Under the pieces are notes generated by a model. The model saw nothing but the letters and a program-made list of their open reading frames with translations, made no database searches and had not been told where the DNA came from. From positions 241,225 through 305,224 of the forward strand of contig NMRA01000039.1 of NCBI GenBank assembly GCA_002633005.1: a stretch of DNA of 64,000 nt. Direction: 5' to 3'. Source of the DNA: Phoronis australis. Taxonomy: Eukaryota > Animalia > Phoronida. Made by a program: the position numbers and the translations under genes. Below, one piece after another: positions 50,301-62,653 of this stretch. Numbering within the stretch: position 1 is the first letter of the stretch; every line of letters starts with the position of its first letter.

Positions 50301-52230
50301 AAAACGTTATTATCGATATGCCGTTTTAGTGAGTTGATGGATATTACTGTACCTGCTACTAATTCAATCTTTGGGCAGGGTCAAGCCTAAAAGTTTGCAC
50401 CCTATCTGGAAACTTTCGTGTGAAGTTTGCTCAGTCGTGGAGGGTTAAAAATGCTTTAGATTGCATGAAAGGGTTTGAGATTGTGTGGAGATACCTGTGA
50501 CACGAAACCACAGGAATGTCTTTAAGGAGCAGTGAGGAAATGTTTTTGGTAGTCTTTCAAGCCAAGATACTACGGATGTAGTTTGAGGTGAAATTTTCAA
50601 AAGATTTACGTCTTTTTATTTGAAGTTTCCCATCAAGTGAAACGGTACATGGCTAAATAATACACGCGTTTTCCGGAAACCAATCCTTGCTTGGACTGTT
50701 GTTTGATGTTGCTGGTTATTTTCAAGACCAAAAAATATTTCAGATGCCGTCTACCGAAAAACCTGACGTAATTATGAAGTTGCTTAAATTGCAGATCCCG
50801 TTTTGTAACGTCGGTTTCTGGTATATTCCACCAAGCCTGAGAGAGAAGGAGAGGACAGAGGAATGGTGGAAGAAACTGGCAAAGGTAACGTACCCTGCTG
50901 TGCCTGGGCTTCAAAGGCCTAATTATATTGCAGATGATTGGTGGAATGAGTTCATCCTTAAATTAGATATACGTGTCTTGATACTGCTCTGTTGGCAAAA
51001 ATTTCAGTGTTGCTTATTTCTGAAAAATTGTCCTCTGGTCCACCGAAGACTCTCAGACTATGGTGTTATTCCTGTCGTCAGATTCCCGTATGCACAGTAG
51101 ATGCTTGTTTTGCGACACGTCCTCGTTTGAGCCGAACCATCTAGCCCTGGAATGCCAACTCCCGCACGTGACCTAGCCGCGGGATTTTGCACTGAGAATC
51201 TCCGGCTGCCTGCTCGACTGAGTTTTAATGGAGAGTTGTAGCTATCAAATAAAGCTTAATTTCATTGCTTCATTTTTGTTATTATTGTTCATCAAGCCAG
51301 ACTCTTTGAAGTACATGTAGGGTTCCATACAATCAGCGATTTCTCGTCAAAATTAGTCAACAAACCAGACAGTGACACTGGTCATTCTTTGTAAGCACCG
51401 GCCTGTGACCCTGGGTAGACGCCGGGAGCAGTTAGGCCTCTCATATCTTTTCAGCTCCAGTCGTAGAACCACTTTCGACAACCTGTCATACTACATGCCA
51501 GGAGTTTTTCAAAACAAGACGTTTTTGGGCGTTAAAGTTATGATACAGTATTTACGGAAAGAAGTTACGTTTTGTCTAAATGAAAAGTTTAGTTCCTAAA
51601 AACTGGTTTTGAGTAACTTTCGATATATATATTTACCTCTTGCCCAGTTGCCGTGTTTTGTTAATTCGATTTCTGAGAAGTAGTCATACTGTTATCTGTG
51701 GTATTTATCTATACCTGGTTGGAAAACTGCGGAGTTGTCGAAAGTTTTAATGACTGTAAATTTCATACCAGGTACATACACTGGAACAAACGAATGCCAA
51801 CAACTCTCACGCATTCCCCACGCATCATCAGAGGCCGCGAGATCGGAGTAACTGTTAGCATTCCAGGGCTAGAGTTCTATGGTCAAACCGTTTTAGGCGT
51901 TCGAATTTTTGCCTGTTACATATATGTCTGTGATATTGTGATGGGTTCGACAAAGAGTAAGTTCTTCGAACCCTCACTCCAAGAACACCGTAACACATAC
52001 GTGTACGCCGATTTGCAGGAATTTCTGTTTCTTCCCGAACCCAGGTGGCGCCAGCTGTCAAGGAAAGAATGATGCACTCTGGAAACATGATGCTGGCGTA
52101 TCAGCCTCTCACAAGACACAAAGATTCATTTGTGAACTTCTTTCGCATTATTTTGATAAGGCCTGATTTAAAGGAGTCCGATTTAGACTTCATCCTTGAT
52201 GAAATCGAGCGACTAGGTCGTGATTTGTAA
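35350..52230 (+). CDS. CSAD: PLP-dependent group II acidic amino acid decarboxylase (CSAD/GADL1/GAD family), 494 aa; orthology within the family not established
   Basis: 15 phase-compatible GT-AG exons: 35350-35356, 36436-36578, 37990-38083, 39032-39122, 39824-39930, 40380-40495, 41880-42014, 42910-43026, 43816-43880, 44913-44991, 45383-45464, 47828-47945, 50161-50215, 50795-50884, 52045-52230 (1485 nt). Motifs GHRNFFNQLYSG, HTFEVAPVF, DGIFCPGGTMSN, HYSLKKGA, TSGTTVLGAFDPL, WLHVDAAWGG, WCLHK, YLFQPDK, DLDFILDEIERLGRDL*. Confidence 0.93.
36046..36270. repeat. Compound (CA)n/CACCACGCG microsatellite with internal N gap (36142-36166)
   Basis: Directly visible; produces spurious His/Thr and Cys/Val ORFs. 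Confidence 0.97.
36665..36860 (+). mobile_element. Helentron/HINE (DINE-1-like) fragment
   Basis: T-tract followed by hairpin ATGCGCCCACAT...ATGTGGTCGCGT, a degenerate GTCC/GTCT repeat, then GATTTTCATGATATTTGG; end approximate. Confidence 0.4.
37740..37868 (-). mobile_element. tRNA-derived SINE fragment
   Basis: Minus strand GTGGCAGTGTG..GGTTTCAATCCC (A/B-box-like) followed by GTCCTTGAGCAAGGTACTTA, a motif typical of metazoan SINE central domains. Confidence 0.55.
40700..41227 (-). mobile_element. Internally deleted L2/Crack-like LINE 3' fragment
   Basis: RT motif GAIFLDQKKAF fused to C-terminal HSYTTR..GKRTFACRGVFAYNEL, then a T-rich 3'UTR, terminal stem-loop region and AATAAA. Confidence 0.7.
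42053..42482. mobile_element. Tc1/mariner-pogo type MITE with TA TSD
   Basis: TA-CCGGGAATTTCCGTAGATAAGCCCAT ... ATGGGCTTATTTATGGAAAATCCCTG-TA; internal AATAAACGCCC repeats. Confidence 0.8.
45512..45859. mobile_element. ~350 bp TTAA-bounded repeat family (Kolobok-like MITE); other copies 59985-60305, 61092-61464, partial inverted 43900-44036
   Basis: Shared blocks TTGCCGTGTAA, TTAGCAGACTTTGAAAGG and terminal GGTATCCTTTT(AA). Confidence 0.75.
48345..48656. mobile_element. 312-bp TTAA-flanked MITE (Kolobok-like)
   Basis: TTAA-AGGGACA ... TGTCCCT-TTAA; contains B-box-like GAGTTCGAGTC. Confidence 0.65.
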
Positions 52231-53365
52231 ACAAATCAGTGTTCCCTAATTACAAGTGGTATTAGTTTTGCTGATCTTAAAAAACTTTGAAAATGAGCTG
52301 AGCACTAAAACTAGCTGCTCAAATTTAGACCATATTTGAAACATTATCATCAGCCTGTGTTTTTCTCACCACCAATCTACTTCTAGTCGCAAATAGATAA
52401 TGCACCTATAATGGTCATTCTTAATTAATTTCCTCATTCAAAATACCTAGAACCATGCATTATGGGATTCATTACTCATAGTTCTTCATTCCATGCATGC
52501 GAAGTCAAGAAAATCAAACAAAACCGGAAGAAAGTGACTGAACTCATGCTGAACCCTAGCTTTAACTCTAACCGTCTCCATGTTGTGAGTTAGTGACTTT
52601 TTGAAATGATTGAAATTGGCATATGCGTAGACGTGAGATGCCACCGAGGTAAAATATTGGGCTACGCGGTACCCGAGGTTGTTTTAGCGATCCCCTTGAA
52701 GGTGAGCGACGTCTGCGCCTGTGGGGAATTCAGTCATACGCTAAGCCTCGTGACGGACTTTCAAAGTCAAAGCCGTATGACAGAAGTTCGCACATGCGGA
52801 GATAACGTTTACACTTTCCAGAATCGTTGGTTGGAAGAGGCGTTATCAATGTCAAATTCAACACAGTCTCTAATTCGCCAATTGCAAGCACTATACGACA
52901 TCATTGCTTGCACATTCGAGCTTACCGGGAATGTTCTAAACATAAACATAGAACGCAGCAACGTCAACGTCTTTGTCGTCTATGGAAATGAAATAGAATA
53001 AAGCCGAAATGAGCCTTTACAGTTGAAGCGAGTTTTGATGGATTGTTCAAAGGGACAGTCAGGTGTCTTTCCCATAGTTTATTTTCCGCCTGCGTGAAAG
53101 CGTGTGTTGAAGATGGGTCTTGAAGTGATGATTGTTGTCCCGCCATACGTTATGGAAACATTTATTTTGGAGTTATACCAATTTTTGCGCGCCTTTTGAA
53201 GTCCGATTGGAATCTAGTAAACATTGTAATCAGTCTTGATGCACCGGAAGTTGATGTTTGGCAAGGGAGTCATTCTACAATCCCGTGGAAACGTGTACGC
53301 CTCCATGGTCGTTATAACATTTGAAAACTAAAGGGCATGCACAGTAGCGTTCACACCTTAAATTC

Positions 53366-53765
53366 CTGGGCCAGGGGTCTGATCTGTGCTCTCGAAATCG
53401 AACTTGTTTTACTTTTTTCTGCAATATTTCTACTTTCGTGCGGAGTCACGATACGACGTCTGTTATTCTGTGCTCGAGTACATTATGGTGGTGTGGGTGA
53501 ATGTCCAATCCTAGCTTGCACTGGATGACTCCAGTGATATGAGTTTGAATCTGATGTCGACATTTCATTTTTTTCTCGAAATCGCAGGTTTCTTTCTCGT
53601 GTTTTTAATTCGAATCCAGGGGTGTTAACTTGAACTCGACAGTCATCAGCATAAACCACGACATACTTCAGCACAGAAAAGCAAAGAGGTCATCTTGAGT
53701 TCACACAGAAATAGAACAGAGAGTGTCAAAATTAATTTATATTTCGAGCAGAGATTAGGCCCCGT
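53366..53765. mobile_element. TIR repeat; partial second copy at 41228-41533
   Basis: Left end CTGGGCCAGGGGTCTGATCTGTGCTCTCGAAATCGAAC is an imperfect complement of the right end of 41228-41533; shared internal TATTCTGTGCTCGAGTA...TTGCACT(G/T)GATGA. Confidence 0.55.
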
Positions 53766-54230
53766 CCCTTGTGCCATGGCGTTGACATTTTTCTCGCCAC
53801 TCTGATCACATGAGGGCGCTGTTAAATAAAGTCTTCCAAGTGGAAATTTGAAACTACGAAATGGTGTGTGGGAGGTAGTTAATGAAAACTTTCTTTGTCG
53901 TATTGGCAATGGCAGTAAATGTTTCAATTTGTCCAACTCCTTAAGATCTAAATGCTATTAAATTACGTTCTGGCCAGAAGAGAACGATCAATTACTGCAT
54001 AACTTATTTCAGTTCATGGTGCGGATTGAAACGACCAAATCTTTTCTCTGGTCAAAGTACATTCTCGACCAATACATGTAATACAATTTGACAATAAACA
54101 GATTTCGATGAAAAGCTTTTTTAGGCAAAAAAGGATTTTCCTTCCAAAGGGTTTGGTGTTCTGTCATCGAAATTGTTTTGTTGCTCTGTATTCAATTACT
54201 GCACGCTAAACCAGTAAAGAATCTGTTTAT

Positions 54231-56561
54231 TCACTCTGTATAGGAGGAAATGACAGTCGAATGAGAAGTGTGCACGGGTAACCTTCCATTGGACTTGAAA
54301 TAACGCGGAACGTCGTCCAAGCTGGTATTTATTTTTTTCTTCAATTTTGACCAGACGTTGTTCACCAGGCTCTTCCGGTACTTAAACCATTGCCTATTCG
54401 TTCGATACTTCTGCAGCATTGCTTCGTTGCTAGGCATTCGACCCTCAAGCGCGTTCCTCTCGTACATCAAATCACATTCTTGGCTGGTATCCAGCTCGGA
54501 TTTCTGCACCATCATGTATTCACCAACGGTTTTCGCCACTATGTATGTATTTGAAAAGTTTTCCCCTGAAAGTTGTCGAAAATTAATCGTATTAATGGTT
54601 TTAATGACCTCTCTGGATTTAAGGTAGTTGTGCTGGAGAGTACATGTACAGTGTATGTTGAAAAAAGTTGGGTGTGACACCACCGAATTTCACTCGAGAC
54701 TTGACTCAAGACCAACTGAATGGCATGTGAAATTTGAAAGTCTATTTGATGTGTGCCTACCGTTTGGGCAATGTTTGAGCCGATTCAAAGATTTGATCAG
54801 TGTGGCGGGCCACTGACCTGTTTCGTCGGGCCATTTATTCGCTGCTGCGCCAGCGAAAGTACTCGCACCTGTCATGCACTTTTTGGTCAGTAATTGACCT
54901 ATAGCCATGACATTGAGTCACGGCTTAACTGACCAATCAGAGCGCAGCGTTTTTGACACACCTTCGTTTCCAAGCCACCATTTTACCCGACAAACAACAC
55001 GTGTGCCGGGTAAAACTTATTGTTTGTTGGTCGACATTTCGCAAGGGGGTGGCGCTTGTGATAGGTCTATTTGAATCAGGGTAGATGCTGATGATTAATG
55101 GTCGCACATCCTATCATGACAAACAATACGGCGCAGTAATGTAACAAGTCATAGCCGTAGCACAACAAGATTATATCGGATGTCTGCATATTGCATTGGA
55201 AAAGAATCATCCTCCATCTTTGTCATCGCATTAGTCCCTGTGTGAACCTTGAAGAAGTCACGAAAGCCTGTAAGTCATTCGCTAACAAGTAATACTACAA
55301 TCTTACCCACTGAAAATGCACAACCAGGTCCAAGGGTGAGAGCAGTGATGACGTGTCTCGCCAACTTGCTGCCTTTTTGTTTCATAGAAATATCCGTTAG
55401 CTCCGACAGGTCTGTGCTTATTTTGGAGATGACACTTTTGCCTCTCCTCAACTTCGTTTTCAGCGTGTAGACGTCCTTGCTCAGGTAGCACTCTCCCGAA
55501 AGAATATAACAGAAGTGGGTCTGGTTTCCTGGATCGTTCCCACCTCCTTTCAAAACCTAAAATTTCGAAAAGTGACAAATTTTAAATCGTGAATTTGACT
55601 ATGTCTAGAGAAGGCCAAGGCATAAATTTACGAACATTGGAAGAACACGTTTGAACTGAATTTCCGAGTGTCAGTCCGTTGCATCTGGTTGCTGCGGTGG
55701 TGTGTGAAGCAAAGTAGTAGCGTGTGTGCTTATCGCTCTAACTATAAGAGCAACACCTAGTGTGAGATTCTTAGGTGATTTATTTGACGAAGACGGAATT
55801 GCTTGAAATTAACTTTCAAAAGTATATCGTTTTCAAGTGCAAAAGCGTGTCAACCAGTTATCCCACAACTCTGGCAAATTTTGACGAAAATTTCGAAAGG
55901 TACTCGTGATATGTATGATATTTTTTCTGACAACTTTGTTTCAAGAACCAAAAGGATTAGAAATATGAGAAAATACATTTGGTTTTGCAAGACCAATGAC
56001 CGAATGGAAGTTATGTTTTCAAACTTTTGTTTTTGTACTTCAAATGTTACACTCAGATGGTTTCAAATGAGAATTGTACATAGAATTCTAGCAACAAATA
56101 ACTTTTTAATGCGAATTGGTATTTCTCCAACTAACCGATGTACCTTTTATAGGAATGAACCTGAAAGCTTAGAACATTTATTTTAGGGTTGCACTTTTGT
56201 TAACTAAGCCTGTTTGGAAAAGTGTAGCTGAATATTATATTCACGCAAAAAAATTTTCAGACGTTGTATTTGGTAAAACTGAAAGAGCGAAGGAAGTGTT
56301 GAATCTTATCGTTCTTTTTGCCAAAAATCATACATACTGTAGAAAGCTGAAAGTAGAACTTCCAACACTTTTCAAAAAAGAATTAGAAATTTATTTCACA
56401 TTTGAAAAATATAATTGTAAAAATTGATTAGGATACATACTTCTGCAAAGATGGTCTGGGATTTTCCTCTTTAAAAAGAAATTTAGACGAGAAAAGTACA
56501 TTTGGTGTTTTTGGTTTGTGAAATTGAGTTTTCGGTGAAATGTGTGCGTTTGTGTGTGTGT

Positions 56562-56602
<41 letters not shown>

Positions 56603-59600
56603 TGTGTGTGTGTGATGTGTGATNNNNNNNNNNNNNNNNNNNNNNNNNNNNNNNNNNNNNNNNNNNNNNNNNNNNNNNNNNNNNNNNNNNNNNNNNNNNN
56701 NNNNNNNNNNNNNNNNNNNNNNNNNNNNNNNNNNNNNNNNNNNNNNNNNNNNNNNNNNNNNNNNNNNNNNNNNNNNNNNNNNNNNNNNNNNNNNNNNNNN
56801 NNNNNNNNNNNNNNNNNNNNNNNNNNNNNNNNNNNNNNNNNNNNNNNNNNNNNNNNNNNNNNNNNNNNNNNNNNNNNNNNNNNNNNNNNNNNNNNNNNNN
56901 NNNNNNNNNNNNNNNNNNNNNNNNNNNAAAGTAGATGAAAGACGTCGGAAAGTCATCGCCAACCGTCCTCTTCAGACAAAGAAAGTATATGCCAATTTTC
57001 ACAATCATCCTTAGAGTGGGAGTGGTTTGTTTGACAAGGGGTGGCTGCCAAAAACAAACTATAACACAGTAAAATGGCCACTAGATGGCGCAAAATATCT
57101 CGAATCCATCTGAAAACAGGCACGTGTCATCATTTCAATAGAAAGCTGTGTACAATATTTTATAAAAATCTGGGCCCAGTTGCATAAAAGTTATACGCCG
57201 TATAGCAACAATGACGTCGCATTATCACGCGTCACGCTTTTATTGTTGCACAGTAAACCTCACATCATGCAACAATCAAATTTACCTAGCCGATAATCGC
57301 ACAACCCAACCCTAATCAACAGCTTCAGAGAAACAGGAAAACGAAAAAATGAAATGGCCACCAAAGGGCACATTGTCGGATCCGCCTGAAAGTCATTGTC
57401 GTTCGATGTCAACTTCATAATACATGTATACTTGCTAAATTTAATAAAGATCCTGCAGAGGGTTCAGGAGATTCAGCCAAACAAAACTGCCACTAGGAGG
57501 CAACACAGTAGTCGGAAGTCGTCGGAAAATCATCGTCAGTTTCCCTCTTCACAGTAAGAACATATTGAAATGCCAATTTTCGCAATCATTCCTAGAGCGG
57601 TTTGGTTGACAGAGGGTCGGGCGTCAAAAACAGACTTGAAAACAGTAAAAATGTCCACTGGGTGGCACAAAGTACTTCGAATCCATCCGAAAACGGAAGA
57701 ATAGCGTCATCTCACTTATAGATGCCTACATGTAATTATCAAATTTTATGAACATCGATTGAGGACCTCCGAAGGTACAGATGTAAACGTAAAAAACTAA
57801 ATTGCTAATAGTCGGAGCGGTTTCACAATTACGTAGCCACTACTGAGATCATAATGTGTGACATCGCGAGGGTTGTCAAGGTATTGTGTATTCCATATTG
57901 ACTTTCACGATTATTCTGTTTAAAAAACGTTCCCGTGCAGTGGTAATGTGTTGCTATGTACTGTCACCTATGACAGCTTCAGTCCTGTTAATAGGGATGG
58001 AACCTTTTGGAAGGCGCTTTTGATTCATTTGAAATTAATAAAAATAACTTTTTTGGAACCGGAAGTGTGACGCAGTAAGTAAGGTGTGTTCTGTCGCTTT
58101 TCCGTGCCCATTGATAATTGTGCTTAATGACCGAGACGTTCGCCGATGTTCGGTCCCAACCCCGGCACATAGCAATTTGTCATTTGACTTGATCAATATG
58201 ACAGAAACTGGTAATGAAACGGAGCTTCTGAAACACAGTGTTTATATTGACTTGACTACTTTTTCACAACGTCATACTTCCGGTCTCTCGGATTGTATTT
58301 TTTATTAATTTGTTTTGATAACAATCTATTAAAATGTTTTAATTGCCTCTCAATTAAAAATACCAAATTATCCAAACACTCCCCCAAAAATGTAACATTC
58401 CATTTTAATAATGATTCATCTTTATCACTACGTGAACAAATTTGTACTCGTGGTTTTTAAAACTTTCACAGAATTAAAATGTGCCAAAAATGCGACACAG
58501 TTAGACAGCTGCATGGTACATTGTTTTGTGTTTCAGTGCACTGCCTACCTCATTTTTCGAAAACGTAACCCTGGATACTGCGCCGGGCTTGTTGATCAGT
58601 TCATGGAGAACTGCGTGGGGTGTCAAACGAAACATTGGCATCATCAAAAGCCCTTCGAAATTGCGGGTCTTCTCCTGCCTTAGATGGCGCTGCAGTATGG
58701 GCTCAAAGTCCTCTCTTGCTATGCGAAGAACTTCACATTTCCTTGCTGGAAGTAATCGAGTGTCCTTGTTGTGGTCGTACAACTGCCGAATGTGTATCGT
58801 TTTTCATAATCGATGATCGGAATTCAAATTGATAGTTTTTTTTTTATTTTCACAACCAGAAAAGCATAATACCTTTACGGTTTCGGCTCATGTAAGCAGC
58901 CATCTTCCAAAGTTATTGGACACTAGGTGGCGTGGTGATTAGGCTGTTTCAAATTTTAGATAAGTTATACCCTCCATCGTCCCTGTTCATGACTGAGAGA
59001 CTTTTTATGACCAAATAGGCTCTTTTATCCGTCTGCATCTCGGATCTAAGAGAGTCTTAACGGATCTGTTGCCACATATAGGCTGGTGTGGCACTTCATA
59101 CATATTGCCGCCCGTACCACACACAGTATGTGTCAAGCGCGACAAAAAAGTGTGAAAGAAAATGAATTTGGTTTGAGAACTTTGGCTCAGGTGGCAACTC
59201 ATCACAGGAAGGTAGGCTAGACACACGAGGGGTTATGCGCGTCTCAGTGATGGAAAAAGGAAGGTAAACAAGAACACTTACATTTTGTAACTACCGTCAT
59301 GTCTTGTGTACTCTGTTTCAATATTGCGATGTCCCCAAAACTTGCGCCTGGTCGGAATTCACCTCCAAACTCGGCTCCGGAATCTCCATCTTCTCTTTCG
59401 TCGTCTTAAACAGATCGTTTGGAGTTAACGTTTTCATTCATAAACACCTTGACTACATTATCTTTAATTGCTAGTATCATGGGTGATTAACAAGATGTGC
59501 ATGCGATAAGTTATCCTAAATTTCTAAAATGCGTGAGTGACATATGGTGCCATGATCGTGCACGGCCACTTCATTGGGTAATTAGGCATTCAATATACAT

Positions 59601-62600
59601 AACAATAAGACAGTTTGAGCTTTTTGGTCGTCCCACTGGTGCATTGCCTGCAGATGCTTCTTTACTAAAGGATTGCAACCACGGCATTAAATCTTTGATA
59701 AAAGTTTACACTTTGTGAACCGACATATAATTCACTGATCGTTTGACCTTCTTTTTCCGCCTACGCCAACACGTACACCTTCCATCTTATCGATGGTGTG
59801 AGAGTGGATTTTGCACCGGTGCTGCGTGAAGTTGCTTTGTACGGCGTGCCGCCGGCGTACACCGAAATTAGCTAGGCTACATATTCGTGAAAAAGTGGTG
59901 CTGCGCGAAAAATCAGCCCCCGTGTAAGCTGATGCTTTTGTCATACTGGTGTAGGGTAACGCATTCAACATTGACATGACTTACAAAAGGAATACTCAAC
60001 CCTTTTTTGATGATTTCAACCAATCCTCGCTTTGCCTCCTGCTAATGAATCATTGCCGTCAACCTTCCAAGTTAAAGGCACAAATCAACTAAAAACTCAT
60101 AATCCGTATGTCCAAGATTGGACATATTGTCCTACAGTTGCCGTGTAATTCGCCAACAGCATAGGTCACGCTTTCCCGCTTAGCAGACTTTGAAAGGTTT
60201 TAAAATTTTCCTCCAGTTTTTTAGGGATGTCTAGCGTTACAGAGAACTGTATGGGAAACTCGTTGTATCTGCTAATAGGCCAAAACCCGAGTTTGGTATC
60301 CTTTTGTCGTACAGGTGTAGTTTAAAGTAGAATTCCGAAAACTACTAACGCATAAAACTAAGAAATTTCTACGTCCAGTGTTCTACGCCGAAAATACAAT
60401 ATAATGAACATAATTATTTATTTTTTGTGCAGGCACACAGTAGGGCGAAGCCACTAGTCAGTTGGGCGCAATGGCGTAGGCCTCCTGCAGGGTACGCCGA
60501 TTACGCAACTCTAAGCAAGCCCAGACAGCGTTCAGTAACACTGGGACCTCGCTAAAAAGCCCTTGTGTTTCTATGTCCAACTCATAACATTTGAATTAAT
60601 TTTACTACCGGTATATAAGTTTTTGAAAATCCCACCTTGCTCTATTTCTTCTGGTTTTACTCGACCTTGATGGGCGACGACGCAGCCGGAAAGCAGGAAA
60701 TAGCAGGCGGTGATTTTGTGACCGTCCTTCAGCAACACTCTCCCTTGGCCAAATGTTTCGTAGGAGGCGTACCTGGCTATCTCCATCCGAGTCTCTGAAG
60801 GGAATTTCCTCAGGCACGGGAAAGACTTGATCAAGGTCTGTTATTTGTTAACGATAGAGGTCACTGTTAGGGGCTGCAGTGTAACAACCTGGGTCCTATG
60901 GTTATCAGCTAATATTGTCACAGTCAGTTATCGTTTTAAATTTAAATTGAACGCTATATCGGCAAAAAGGTCAGTTTCAGACTAAGAAAGAAACTGTTAA
61001 TTAAACTAAAGTAATTATCTATGAGCTCAAATCTACCCCGATTACGCATTAAACGAGAAGTGTTTACTTGTCTTAGTTCACCAGTCGATTCTTAAAATGA
61101 TACTAAACACTGTTTTGATGATTTCAGCCAATCCTCGCTCTGTCAGTCGTTAATGCATCAGTGACGTCAATCTCCAACGATGAAAACAGGAAACAACCAA
61201 AAACTCATACATGTACTCCCTCAATCACAGATTGGTCATTGGGGTGTTGAGTCGGGGTGGTCTTTCGCCACAGTTGCCGTGTAAATTCGCTGAAAGCTTA
61301 AGTCATGCTTGACCGTTTAGCAGACTTTGAAAGGAGTTTTCAAATTTCTTCCAAGCTGTTGAGGGTTATGGGGGATTACAGGCAATGTTTTTTTCAGACA
61401 GTTGGAGTGGAAAAGTCGTTTTTCATCTGTTAATGCACCAAAACCGGGTTCGGTATCCTTTTAAGGGCCACGATCAAAAACATTCGACGCTCGGTATTAC
61501 ATGTATGTGAAATGGAATGTCCCTGTGTGATATAAATAGTTGCATTACCTTAACAGGATTCAATATAATTTATAAAGTTCAGTAATAAACTGTAAGTTAG
61601 CGATGCCAAATGAAGCTGGTTGACGTCATTGTAATTTCTATTTATGGAATTTTAATTGAAATTGAACGTTTTGCTTGTACCGTTCATACTAGTCTCGTTT
61701 TACCAGAACTTGGCAATACAGCTAACGATTGAAGCTGCATTTTCATTAACACTGTTTAGTTGTCGATGCTGAATTCTTAATCAAAACGCTTAGGAGATTA
61801 AAAGTATCACCACGCTCATGAGATCTTGTATTGTTACCGAATAAGTAAGCAACTCAAGTCATAGGCATTGCGCGCATACGTCATTTCATGATTCGCAATT
61901 TTTGGGATGGCCAACTGCATGTACAATAAACTTGAGTAGCTGACGGTTTCAGTGTTTTTGTTAGTAATGCTGCCACGGTAAGGAATAAGAGGTCAATTTT
62001 AGGAGTTTTAACTAAAGCCTAATTCGATTTTCGTTTTCTGCCAGCTAAACGGTGCGAAATGCAGCTCTAAGTTTGCGTTGATGCAATGAATTTTAAAATT
62101 GTGTAGGAGAAAACGATATGAAAGACTCGCAAGAACTGGCGTTTTGTGTGTTTGGACTTGCTGAAGCTTACATAAATGTAGTCGATATCTTGCTCCGTCC
62201 GTTTTGAGGGCAGTGTCTGTAAGATTTCCTTCGCTTTTTTAGTGAGAGAATGTTGGACCCCAAAGTGCTGCTTGAAATAGTACTTCGAAAACGATTTCTC
62301 GTCCTGAAAATTTATGACAATGTTGACTTAATAATAATAATTTCGAATAAACAAAATTATATAAAGAGTTCACATTAAAGTGTTTGCGAGAAATGTGTCA
62401 TTCCTGTTGTGAGTCCCAGTACTGTAGTTGATACGACGAATTCATTTTAAATAAGTTCGATAGGAGTGCGTACTACGGAGTGTCCGCTTACCGTTTGAAC
62501 GGTGGGGTTAACGTAGAGCAGTTGTGTAGAATGTTTGTCCATCATAGCAGCAATAAAATTCATGTTCAATACGAACTTCCGGCACACGTCTTGAAAACTT

Positions 62601-62653
62601 CTGCGCAACCACTCTTTCCGGCTTTTCAAAATGAGATTCTCCTCTCCGTTAAG
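54231..62653 (-). CDS. Cyclic nucleotide-binding domain-containing protein (CNBD1/CNBD2-like); start not resolved
   Basis: Phase-compatible exons 62653-62492, 62303-62172 (PSKRTEQDIDYIY), 60837-60609 (GRVLLKDGHKITACYFLLSGCV), 59347-59282 (GASFGDIAIL), 58745-58549 (KCEVLRIAREDF), 55556-55307 (FCYILSGEC..LGPGCAF), 54565-54231 (TGA overlapping AATAAA). Confidence 0.85.
55803..56430 (+). mobile_element. L1/Tx1-clade LINE ORF2 3' fragment (zf-RVT region), degenerate
   Basis: LRWFQMRIVHRILATNNFLMRIGISPTNRCTFYRNEPESLEHLF*GC..KPVWK with an in-frame stop. Confidence 0.8.
56541..56927. repeat. (TG)n microsatellite running into assembly gap 56624-56927
   Basis: Directly visible. Confidence 0.97.
56930..57770. 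repeat. Diverged tandem-unit repeat carrying CCAC(T/C)AG(A/G)TGGC-like motifs; related units at 14200-14660
   Basis: 56935-57120 resembles 57510-57697; AAATGGCCAC-type motif at 57075, 57355, 57487 and 57652. Confidence 0.65.

Noticed and set aside
52606-53146. 131-aa and 60-aa ORFs between the convergent genes
   Set aside because: No domain similarity; they overlap a hairpin repeat also found at 26936-27695.
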